Assembly: GCA_000708835.1 (NCBI GenBank)
Contig: DF237090.1
Location: forward strand, 112,462-176,461
Source of the DNA: Klebsormidium nitens
Taxonomy: Eukaryota; Plantae; Klebsormidiophyceae
Direction: 5' to 3'
Length of the DNA: 64,000 nucleotides
Position numbers and translations under genes: made by a program. How positions within the stretch are numbered: position 1 is the first letter of the stretch; the number at the start of each line of letters is the position of its first letter. Below the pieces are notes generated by a model. That model was not told the DNA's origin, did not search any database, and saw only the letters and a list, made by a program, of their open reading frames with translations. Below, piece by piece: positions 1 through 27,309 of the stretch.

Positions 1-54
1 GTTGTTGGACGTAGAGTCGCCGTCGCCAGGCTGTCGGGGGCCAGGATCCACCAT
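1..54 (-). CDS. Possible first coding exon of a gene running off the left edge
   Basis: ATG at 54 (context gcaATGG) opens 18 stop-free codons to the window edge (MVDPGPRQPGDGDSTSNN). The orientation is divergent from the BEACH gene. No homology recognised. Confidence 0.3.
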   Translation of the reverse strand, partial: MVDPGPRQPGDGDSTSNN

Positions 55-347
55 TGCTAGAACAGCCCTGCTGGCTCCCTAGATGTCACCAATTGCACCA
101 ATTGCGTGGCAGGAGCAAGGCGGACCAATGCAATGGCGGCCACAGGGCGCGGGTTTGCACTCGTAGGTCAGCAAAATCTTGCAAGCAGCACTGAGGCGCT
201 CATCCGACTTTAACCCTCTAGGCATTGGTCAAGTGACGGCATAATGTATAACCCAGTTCTGATGTCATTGTCGCGCACTCCGGACCCAAGCTCTAGAGCA
301 GAGATACCGTAGTGTGCTGTGAGAATGGCGATGCCCCGCGCATCCTA

Positions 348-387
348 GAGGTAGTCACTACCTCACGGCACTACCGTAGTGCCGTGA
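348..387. repeat. Two abutting near-perfect palindromes
   Basis: gaggtagt-c-actacctc (348-364, 8-bp arms) and tcacggcactac-c-gtagtgccgtga (363-387, 12-bp arms). Each has a 1-nt centre. Confidence 0.9.
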
Positions 388-425
388 AAGGTTGGCTTAG
401 GAGCCCAAGGTTGGGTTAGGAGCCC
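388..425. repeat. 2 x 19-bp tandem repeat
   Basis: aaggttggcttaggagccc / aaggttgggttaggagccc, 1 mismatch. Confidence 0.9.
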
Positions 426-1284
426 AAACCATATATTTTAGGGTTCTTCTCTTTTGTGCTGCACGTGCAGCCAAACTCGCCAAAGGTGACGGCAGTGGGC
501 ATCCTTGCCTGCGCCATGGCAGGGTAGAACGTTCATCCTTCGCGGCAGCGATGGTTCTGATGGTTGGCCCATCAGCAATGGCATGGGGAGAGACGAAAGG
601 TGCTTGCCGTTGAGGCTGCACATCAGCATTTCAAAAAGACATCTGCGTTGTTGCGTAGCATTGATTGCCGATCGGTCCATTGGGTGGAATTGAGAGCTAA
701 ACTCCTAGTCGACGCCCAATCATTGTGGTATCAAGCAGGGGTGTCAAGCTGAGTTGCTGACATTGTTGTGAAGGCCCAATCGAGGTTCAGGAGGTGAGTG
801 ACACAGTGCTGTCTGCCCCTCCTCTGCTTGCTGTCTGAGTTTGTGTTGGGGCAGGTTGTGCGCAACAATCGAACACAAGCCCACCACCGGAAATAGTGAT
901 TGATTTCTTCTCAGTGGACCTGTCTCTCGTATTGACGTCTGCACAATAAACCCTCAATTAACCATGTGAACTGGTCCAATTGCGCAGAATGGGTTTGACA
1001 AGATATCCACTGAATACAGGAACCCTAAACAACTCCTCTCATAGCTTGCTTGCTCTACGCCAGGGCACTAGATAGTGTTAGCATGCCTTTTCAGTAGTTC
1101 TGCAATGCAGTTTGGATGTGTCCAGTTGGGCTCCAAAGTGGGCCAAGGGCACAAGAATGATCTTGCACGTTTGCAGCCCATTTTGTGCGGTCAAAGGTTT
1201 AGCTATCCAATTTGTGCAACTGTTGACCATGAGAGTTTAGTTCATGATGTGTCTTTGTTTGCAAAGCTCTTCACTTGACTCCAG

Positions 1285-1348
1285 GAGCTGACTCGACTGT
1301 GGCTTCAAGCAATCAAGAGCTGACTCGACCGTGGCTTCAAGCAATCAA
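1285..1348. repeat. 2 x 32-bp tandem repeat upstream of the BEACH gene
   Basis: gagctgactcgactgtggcttcaagcaatcaa / gagctgactcgaccgtggcttcaagcaatcaa, 1 mismatch. Confidence 0.95.
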
Positions 1349-1553
1349 CCAACCAAGTGGCAGCTCTGGAAGACAAAGTGAACTGTTCATTGAAAAAATG
1401 CAATCCTTTCTCACCCATTTAGACTACTCTATCCTGAGACCCTCAATTCTGGTTTTCAGTAGTCTGCGGCATAACGCTGGCCGCAAAAGTAGGCTGAAGA
1501 ATACCACTTTGATGCATCGATAGGTGCATGTCTCCTGTCTGAGAGCCGCAGAC

Positions 1554-18260
<16,707 letters not shown>

Positions 18261-19120
18261 CCGGAGGCGGGAGCCCTCAAACTTAACGGTTTAGAAGCCG
18301 GACTGCAGAACTAGGAGTGTACAGTACATAGATTAACGGTGGGACCTATAGTCTGCGTTATCGAATCAATGTTCGGACCTTTGTACCTGTTACGGAAGTT
18401 ACGATGTGTTTGGCGATGGCAAAGGGCGGAAATCTTACTAGTCATTAGCTTACGGCCGCACATGCACCTGCGCATGATCATCACACAACAGCTCTGGCAT
18501 TGAACTGGCTACAGGGCCAATAGTAACGGTGTACAACCGTTCTTGAAATGCCCTAGTTGTACACTAACCACAGACTCTAAACTGGTTGTACTCATCAACA
18601 TGCATGATTTTCCAAGAGTTTCAACGTTATATTCTATGCACGGGAGCAAAAAGCGTGATTGCAGCTTGGGCTTTCAAGTCTAGGATGAAACTTACTACGA
18701 CTACCTTCGTGGCCACCCAGTCCACCAGACTCCTCCAGGCAGCCTCCATCATCTCGCACCGCTTCCACTGCATCGGCTCCTCATCAGGCACCACCAATGC
18801 AGATTATCTTGGCGTAGTTTGGAAAGGGAGGCCAAGGAATAAGGTAGAGAGCATTGGGCACGACATGATCATTTTAAGGCTAGGCCAACAGAGGGTGTCT
18901 CGGCCACAATCCCATGTCTGCTGGCATTGCTTCCAAAATATTATGCATTTGGCCATTCTTGTGTTTTGCAGCTCCGTATAAAGGTAGAATTCTGACCACG
19001 CAAGGCGTAGGAAGCGAGTGACCGATTTATCTCATGTCAAAAAGCTGCGCTTTCATCAATATTTGTGTACCAAGGGACTGCATTATGTACAGGCAACCTT
19101 ACTCTGCTGCTCCGCGACTC

Positions 19121-19687
19121 CTATCCTTTTCTTAAGACTTCTTCCAAACGATCATGGTAATAGTCTATGGTCTCCTTCCGTCTCAATTCGTACATCTCTG
19201 GGATAGTGCAACTCCAGCGTGGGATAACACATTTGTCAACGAAGTAGAGCATGGACTCTAAGCTGAAACTATACCACCCACTATCTTGTGCAACTGGAAC
19301 CCCCCCGTGTTGCTCTCCGTCATCCTCAAGGCTGGTAGCTGCCGCATAGAGCGCCTGGTTTGTATGCCAAAATTCCATTGACCCATGTAACGGCACCGAT
19401 GCTCCCTCCATCATATCCCACAACTTCAGTGCGAGCCTGAGCCGGTCTTTCCTTTGAAGATCTCCTCTTGCCTTGGATACAAACAACTCCTGAATGTTGT
19501 CATATGATGTTGTCGATAGTATTAGAAGTCTAAGCATCTTACAAGACATCCCATTTGCCTTGCCATCCCACCCATGCCTCCTTGCCATCAGCCTACAGTG
19601 CAAGGACCCCGCCTCGGTCAACACCATTAATCCGGCCTGCTGACAGAGGTCAGCACTCATTCCTCCATAGTCGTTGTCTGAACACAA
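19121..19687 (-). other. Orphan 188-codon open frame, possibly a gene fragment or decayed element
   Basis: Long stop-free frame in sequence of roughly 50% GC, preceded by a pyrimidine tract and AG (tgtgttcag). No family recognised. Confidence 0.3.
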
Positions 19688-20669
19688 GCTGCAACAGCTT
19701 ACATTGGTAAATGCTGAAAAGAACTATGTTAAAAGAACTAGAAGGTGAAAACAATTGGAGTAGACATCTTGTAAGTGTTGCAAAGAGAGCAAATATTGGC
19801 CCGGCAGATGTGGACAGACACCCGGAAAACTCTATGGGCCTAAGGCTGCACCAAAGTACAACCCGATGCAAGATGTGGCTTTCAAAGGTTCAGGAAGGCA
19901 CTACAAGCCTACTCCATTTCAACCCTCTGAGATGAGAGCAGAATCTTAGACTCGAAGCTGGAGGGGTAAAGCTACTAAAGCACGTGCTTCCTCTGCTTCT
20001 TCTGTCACTCTTGTTAGGAGCGCCTGGAGAGTGTTAGAAACTTGAAGCACCGCATGGCTCAGCTTTAACGTCCGGTCGGCCTGTGCAGAGTGTATGCCTA
20101 AGGCTCTGTTCAGAGTGTACCGGTATGCCTAAAGGTTGACAACGTGTATGAACGTTTGCTTGATCGATGCTCGCGCGCCAAGAGCTGATCCATGATTGGG
20201 CCCCGCAGCACTGGCTTTTGCACAATTGTAATCATAGGCGCGCAGAAGTCCACGTGCCTGGCCGGCCGGCCGGCATCAGTCCAGCTTTCATGTGCGTGCT
20301 CGAGTCCGCTCTTCGTATCAGATTGATGCGTGTGTTCGAGATTTTTTGAGTACCCAACATTAGAATACCTTCACCTGAAGAGCAGCACAACATTGACAAT
20401 CTGCGGGTTCAGGAGACAGCTCTTTTCATCAACATCGATCTCGGACCGTCATTTGCTCATTGCCCTGTAGCAGAACGGAATGATCGGATGCGACAGCTTT
20501 CATAAAATGCGCAGATGCATATGCTGCGGTAATCCACTGCCGACTACACCTCCCGCTCTTCGCCAGCGCCAAACGAATTGTCCGTTCACGTTATCGGAAC
20601 AAGGTCTTCGCATCCATCACGAGCCCAATCTTCTACGTTTGCTGAATTCTTTCCAGGGCTTTAGCTACT

Positions 20670-22831
20670 TCAGGGCCCACAGCCCGCCTCCACTGTCACC
20701 ACTCCTAGCGGCAGCTGGTACGCCGCTTGGCGCACTGTGATGAACGGATAGTCGCGCATGTCCGCCTCCTTCTTGAGCAGCAAAAAGACCACCGCCTGGA
20801 ATCGAGCGGGGCAGTTGCGGTACCATTGGGTCCTGTCGACGTACTGGCGCGTGACTGCCAGATCGGTGCTGAAGTAGTCGCGCAGCGGGTCGGATTCGCG
20901 GCTGGTGGGCAGCAGACCGTGCGCCAGAATGCTCGGAATATTGCGCGGGGGAGTGCCATGGAATGCCACCACGAACGGGCCCAGGATGGGGGACAATCGG
21001 AGGTAACCACACAAACCTGCAAAGCAGGAGAGGGCATCTTGATTTTGCAAATCGGGCTTGCCTGGGTTTGTCTGGTCGAATTGAAATTGTGACGGGACTA
21101 ACAGCTGCTGTAAGCACAAGTCAAGGGAACTGGTGTTTAGAAGTCTGCAGGGACGTTGAGGCCCACTTGGTCTTTGATTAAGTGTAAGATTAGCATGCAT
21201 GCGGCTGTTAACTACTGTAGCTGCTATCAGTACAAATGCTCCTACACATCCCAGGAGACTCCGCGTCTAGCTTTGTAAGCAACACCTAGTAGGAGACACA
21301 AGCATGCTTCACGGGTCCGCTCATCACCTTTGTTAAAAGGATCTACGATGCTATGAAAAATGGATGACGAAGGTTCTGCCTAGGGGGCCGGTTGTCCCCT
21401 CGGCGGCTCCCACCCGGTAGTCTCACCCGGGATGGTGTCCTCGTGTTGCAGCAGCGTGTCCAGGAACCGGTTGAGCATGTAGCTGGTAACCCGCAGGTGC
21501 GCATTAAGGCGCACGTCCGTCACCCGGTACCCGCGTGCCAGCTGCGCCGCGCGCCTCCCGAGGAAGCTTTCGTCGCACAGTTTGAGCAGCTCCTTGCGCA
21601 GGGCCGCCTGCGCGAGATCAGCGCGATCAAGATACTAAGATAGAAAGACCGTTAATTTCCAGTCCTCAGGGCCCGCAGCACTTCTTACCGCTCCGCGTCG
21701 GCTACAGAGTACTGTTTGGAAACTCTAGGATGTGGTTGCGTTCCATCGACCTAAAAATTCCTGATCTTGAACGAATGTCATACTCCGAGGTGTTTGGAGC
21801 AATCTGATGACGAACTTTTCGTCAGCGGAGCGATGCAAGTGCAAAGAAAGGGTCCGTGCAGCCCTCACCCGTCTTCGCTGCACTCCGCCGTTTAAGTAGC
21901 CACGTGGTATCGCCCCCGAGACAATCTCCGCGATAGTATCTCTGCAGCCGTGAAGGAGACTCCTTCTTTTCTGCCAAGAGGCTCCTTTGAGCTTCAGCAA
22001 CCAATTGTTCATGCGGGAAGCGCACGGAAGACGACAAAGAATGACCTCAGGGCCGCACCGGTCGCTTTGATGCAGCCCACTTAGCCACTGCGGGGCGAAG
22101 AGCTTCGCACCGCCGTAACAAGCCATCTGCATTCTGAAATCCAAGGCTTTGCGACAAAAGTTTGTCCACGGGCAAATATGTACAAGCCTTGACAAGTTGG
22201 TTCAACTTACCCGGGAATGACCTCCGGAAACAGGCACCAGGCGAGGAAGAGCAGGGCGGGCAGCACCGGCAGAGCAATGGCCAGGTACAACGCCCCCAAA
22301 CCCAGGAGGTAAGCGAAGAGCGCGCATAGGGTGAAGCCCAGGAATGGCGGGCAGAAGAAGAAGCCCAGCAAGAAGACGGTCGGCCCCAGCTTCGCCTTCA
22401 GGATCTCTAGTTGGTCCCACAAATAGGAAACGACGTCGCAAACCTGACGATAAGGAATTGATTCTGGTTACAGAGACTTTGCAGAGCTCAACGGCGACAG
22501 GAGAAGTTGGGCGTTTGAGTTACGATAAGGTTTCAGGCGGAATCGAGTGCAGGTGGGGAGCAATGCATGCACTGTTTTGAAAGATGCAATTCCTTCTCCG
22601 GTCAATGCTCCAATTACTTCCAAATCATTGACTCATCTTCGGTACATCCTGTCTTCGGTGATGTCTTGGGTTCTCTCGAAAGTCTCCATGTTCATGCAGG
22701 CCCAACTTTCAGCATCTTCCAAGCGGAAGTCTTTGATTGCTGTGGGAAAATACAAACACCTATGCAGAATTTTCGGTCAGATTGGAACGCCTGTCTGTAG
22801 ACAGCGCACTTACATCTACTCCCCCTTCCAT
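20670..22831 (-). CDS. Transmembrane-anchored PARP-like ADP-ribosyltransferase, copy 1 (5 exons, 283 aa)
   Basis: Exons 22831-22814, 22443-22211, 21941-21869, 21607-21427, 21016-20670 are all GT-AG with phases 0,2,0,1 and an open frame. Exon 2 is a long hydrophobic segment. Exon 5 has AFHGTPPRNIPSILAHGL, YFSTD, TRQY, VVFLLL and FITV..AYQLPLGVV. Confidence 0.8.
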
Positions 22832-23688
22832 CTCGACGCCCTGCCCTCTTTTTGCTGGCCGTGGTTGTGGCTGGAAAAATGAGCTCCTGCTTCTGGCATA
22901 TGGGAGCTCGTGTTTCCGATCTTGGCCGGCGACCTTGCGGATCAGTCACGTTGCCTTCCTGATCAAATGAGTCGAAAGCGCCCAGTTGTTGCAATTCATT
23001 CTCCTTGCATGGGGCAATCTGCACGATCAAGTGCTTTCGCACCGAAATGTCGCGACCACTGCAACTCTCAGAACGTCACAAGCCCGACATTACAATCGTC
23101 ATACACATCGAGGACGCGACTCGACCTGCCAGTATGAAGTTGGAGGAGACATTCATGCTCATTAAGGTGCCATTGCTGGTCTCAAGTGTCACTCAAGGAT
23201 CGAGATGGGCGGGGAAAGTGGATACGAGTCGAATTCGACGGTTCGCAGATCAATCATATTCTTAACTCTTCGACCGCAGCAGCTACCGTGCGGTACTTTC
23301 AACGGAGAAGTGCTGCATGTCACCATTGCAAGTAGCCGCCGGGTGGGATCGCATTCTTTCAAGCTTTCAAGTCCTCTGGAGAGGAACCTACTGACTGGAA
23401 CTAAAGGTGAGGGTTGTATGCATCTTTTAACGCAGAGGGGTAGTCCATGGTTGCCCGTCGATTCGTCTCGTCTGGAGTGATTTGAGCAGTGGGGAAGTGA
23501 CGATAAGAAAACGGAAACCAGACCGCTTGACCCTCAATGCGCCATGCAAGGGGAAATGAAAAGTGTTATCTGGGTGCTGGCCTGAGCATTTGGACGCTCT
23601 CGACTTTTCGGCAGTCGCTCGAAGATACTAGCTTCCATGCGGAAGAAGTGAGAAGTCTTCTAGCTACAGCGAGGGGGCCAGAAAAGCG
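22832..23688. promoter_or_regulatory. 857-bp spacer between the divergent ART start codons, putative bidirectional promoter
   Basis: Inferred from the head-to-head geometry of the two gene models. No specific core element verified. Confidence 0.45.
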
Positions 23689-25976
23689 ATGGCAGGATAT
23701 CGAAGGGCGGGGATTGCAGATGTGAGTGCGCTAGTTCTACATGTGAACGATCGTGCTTGATGATTGTAGATTGCTGCATGGTCGCTGAATCTGCTCACGT
23801 TGAGAATATGCAGACCCTCGCCATGAAAAAGTAGATTCTGATGGGCCGCACAATGTGAACTCCGAGCAGATGTCAAAATGCACCGGGCTAATGAAGAAAG
23901 ATCTGACTCGTTGAAAGCGTAAAGCAGAATGACGGGAGAAGCTATTCCGCGATTTGGTGCATCCTTTGCTCACCGCCTGAATTTGAATTCTCCTGACTGG
24001 ACCTCATAAACATTTCTTGAAGATCCAGTTCACGTTAGTTTAGCTTGTTCACCTCTCAAGTATCAGTTGTTGAAGTCTGAAGTCTGGAAAGTTTCTCCCA
24101 CGTTGATTTCGCCCTTCCGTATCAGTTTCTGGACTCCTTGTGCGACCAAGCAGAGCTCCTGAGGGCGTTCTACCGGCCGCGGCTCGTCTTCCTGCTGTGC
24201 GTCTTCCTCTGCCCGTTCTTCCTGGGCTTCACCACGCTCGCGCTCTTTGGGCACATCCTGGCTCTCGCCTACTTCTGGGCGCTGTACCTGGCCTTCGTTC
24301 TGCCGCTGCCCATCGCGGTCTTCCTCGCCTGGTACCTCTTCGCGGAAATGATACCCGGGTAAGTCAGCGCAGGTAGCTAAAGCTAAAGATCAAGTGGCAC
24401 ATACGCGCTTTCCTCCGTAAATGTTTCGATGCTTGAGGGTGCAAAAAAGCATTGTACGGCGTTGAAGTGCTTTTCAGCTCGCAGGTGCCAACTTTGGGCG
24501 CTTTGGTTTTGGACGTACGGTGCGGCTGTAAGATCGTTCTTTGCTTGCGCTTCTCGCATCCGCAATTGCTTGCTGAAGCTAAGAGCACTCTTGCCCTGTA
24601 AGAACTTATGCTTTCATTTCGGCCGCAGTGAAATCATTGCTGACGTCACGTCGGAGGCAACACCGCGTGTCTATCCAACCTGGGAAGTGCAGCAGACTGC
24701 GGCTCCTCGTGGCCCATCACTGTGGGATCGAAGACAGGTTGGAGCCGCTCAAGGCTTTCTTTTTTGGCATCGCTTCGCCGACGACAAGCAAACTATCCAG
24801 ATACGTTGGAACATTTTGGCGCGACGCACAATGAGGCGAAGAAATTTGTCCATTATTCATGTCAGAAAGGTAACAAAACGCGACCGTTTTCCAGTGTTTC
24901 CATGTGACAGTCTGCAGCCAAAGTTCTGAAGATTATAGACGGGCTCCAGGGCCCCATAAGTTGGATTTCTATTCTTCCGTCTTGATTACGCTGATCTCGC
25001 GCAGGCCCTGCGCGAGCGGCTGCTCGAAATGTGCGACGAGAACTTCCTGGAGAGGCGGGTGGCGCAGTTGGCGCGCGGGTACCGGGTGACGGACGTGCGC
25101 CTGAACGCGCACCTGCAGAGGTCCAGCTACATGCTCGACCGGTTCCTGGACACGCTGCTGCAACACGAGGACACCCTCCCGGGTGAGCCAACCGGTCGGA
25201 GACGTGACAGGATGCTTAGAAGGCTCCTCAACCGGGGTTTTGTAGAGGGTTCTTCCATCTTTTCTCCCCCTGTTTTGTCCCCCCTCCCCCTGACACCAGC
25301 ATTGTAATCCCTTCGGACAGTGCGGAGAGCTGACCCCTGGTATATGGAAATCCGCGTGTATATCCTGCCAGCTGGTTCTCTTCTCAGGCTCGAAAGCGGG
25401 CCTTTCGCAGTTTTGGGAGGCGTTTAAGTCGGTGGCAGAAGCGCCTCCAATGCCCCTACGCTCAATCGAAGACCGATAACCGTCGGCCCTGCTTTATCAT
25501 TGCACCAGCCCTTATTCTCTCTCCTGGTATCAGGAACCAGTGTTTTCACACACAAGAACGACACAAGCCCACATGACGAACGATTGCCCTGCCCCTGTCC
25601 TCGGTTAACAGATCTGTGGGAGGAACTCCGGTCGTCCCCCGGCCTGGGCCCGTTCGTGGTGGCGTTCCACGGCACTCCCCCGGCCAACATCCCGAGCATC
25701 CTGGCCCATGGCCTGCTGCCCACCAGCCGCGTGTCCGACCCGCTGTGCGACTACTTCAGCACCGATCTAGCCGTCACCCGCCGGTACGTCGACAAGACCA
25801 ATCGACTATGGTACCGCAACTGGCCCGCCCAGTTCCAAGCAGTCGTCTTTCTGCTGCTCAAGAAGGAGCCGGCGGTCGTGGACCACTTTTCGTTCATCGT
25901 GATGCGCCACGCGGCGTACCAGCTGCCGCTGGGAGTCGTGACGGTAGAGGCGGACTATGGGCCCCAAGAATTTTAG
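23689..25976 (+). CDS. Transmembrane-anchored PARP-like ADP-ribosyltransferase, copy 2 (5 exons, 305 aa)
   Basis: Exons 23689-23721, 24126-24358, 24629-24737, 25005-25182, 25612-25976 have the same phases as copy 1, and exon 2 is the same length (233 nt). Exon 5 has AFHGTPPANIPSILAHGL, YFSTD, TRRY, VVFLLL and FIVM..AYQLPLGVV. Confidence 0.82.
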
Positions 25977-26989
25977 CAGGTCGTTTTCAAGCTTCGGCTT
26001 CAAATCGGCGCGAAACTCTTAAAATACGTCCTGGACATCTACTGTGGCCTTGTTAAGGTACATGCCATAATACTATAAGACTTGCCACACAAGCAGCAAA
26101 TAGGTGCTCAGCCGCCCGAGCGTCCCATCGCCAAGTTACTTGCATACGCTGCCAGTGGGTCGAGTCGAAGGCAGCTTGCTAGGTTTTTGATTACGTCCAG
26201 GTGGAAACGTTAGCGCCTCGCAATACGTTTACAGAGGCTTGCCACTAACGGAGGCACACTTCGAGGCCGCATTCTTCTTGACACTGCGGTGAGCGCTTTC
26301 TGTTCCATGCAGCGACGTAGCCTCGACTATACATCCGAGCAGGATGGTGGTTTTACAGGATTGCTTGGCTGATACCTGCAGCGCCTAGCAAACATGTGCC
26401 AACCTGCCGTGACCGTACCGGTTCCACAGTGCATTTACTGGACGTACCTGCATGCTTGTTCATTTTCGTGCGCTGTGACATTGTTGAGTCCGGCCGCGGG
26501 CAGAGATATACAAAAATTGCCGCGAACGGCGATTGCATGGAGTATACGTCACTTGCACCGCATGCATGAACCATGTGCACCATGCAGCCTGATGCTCAGT
26601 TGGAGTGGAACCCATGCTTACGTTCATATGCGCGTTTTTGTACTACACGTAGTACGTGGCATGTTTGCACCGTGGACAGCAAGACTCGTGCACTTTTGCC
26701 CTACGAACTGATGCACTTCACATACATATGAGCATCATCAAATTGATTTTCCAAATGTAAAGCTAGCTAGAACCCCCCGCAGCGCAAGTGCTTGCCCACT
26801 ATATGTACGTCCATCCGATTGCATAGCATGTCAAGTACGGCAATACGGACGCCTTGCCAGCTTGAGGAATTTCAATCACATGCATAGTCACTGATAGAAT
26901 CACTCAACGGCGTTCACCGGCACGTACAGACAGTTGTACGTGCGGGTGGAATAGGTCGTGCAATTGCCTGTGCATCCTCGTTGCACTTA

Positions 26990-27037
26990 TTGTAGATAAT
27001 ACTCGATCCGTGGTTGTAGATAATACGCAATCCGTGC
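26990..27037. repeat. 2 x 24-bp imperfect tandem repeat
   Basis: ttgtagataatactcgatccgtgg / ttgtagataatacgcaatccgtgc. Confidence 0.85.
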
Positions 27038-27309
27038 ACACGAATACGCAACCGGACAATTGAGTCACAGACCAGCATGAGAAAGCCATCGTATAGCCGC
27101 TTAGTCCTAGCAAGATTTTGGGCCAGGACGGTTTTACAATAGAACGCGTGTCAGCAAGCCTACGTATCAAGAGCTTGAATGCAAGGCATTGGAAACGAGA
27201 CACCCGTGTTCTTGAAAAGGATGTGTGTGTCCCGTCTCTTGAAACAACATGAAAGTCCTGAAACTTGGACAAATGAGTCCAACCATGGAGGGTTGCCGTC
27301 GGCAGTAAG

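Noticed and set aside
437-446. TTTTAGGG telomere-like motif (also near 39983)
   Set aside because: Single isolated copies, not arrays.
1285-1348. Direct repeats considered as a CRISPR-like array
   Set aside because: Only two adjacent copies with no spacer, a eukaryotic context and no cas genes.
26380-26890. Cluster of CATG/CATGCA (RY-like) motifs, also at about 53590-53830
   Set aside because: Both lie between convergent 3' ends, the motifs are short, and enrichment could not be tested.
26904-27272. Possible extra last exon of the BTB-LRR gene near 26905-26970
   Set aside because: An in-frame acceptor near 27463 already gives a plausible terminal exon ending at 27310. Not fully excluded without RNA data.
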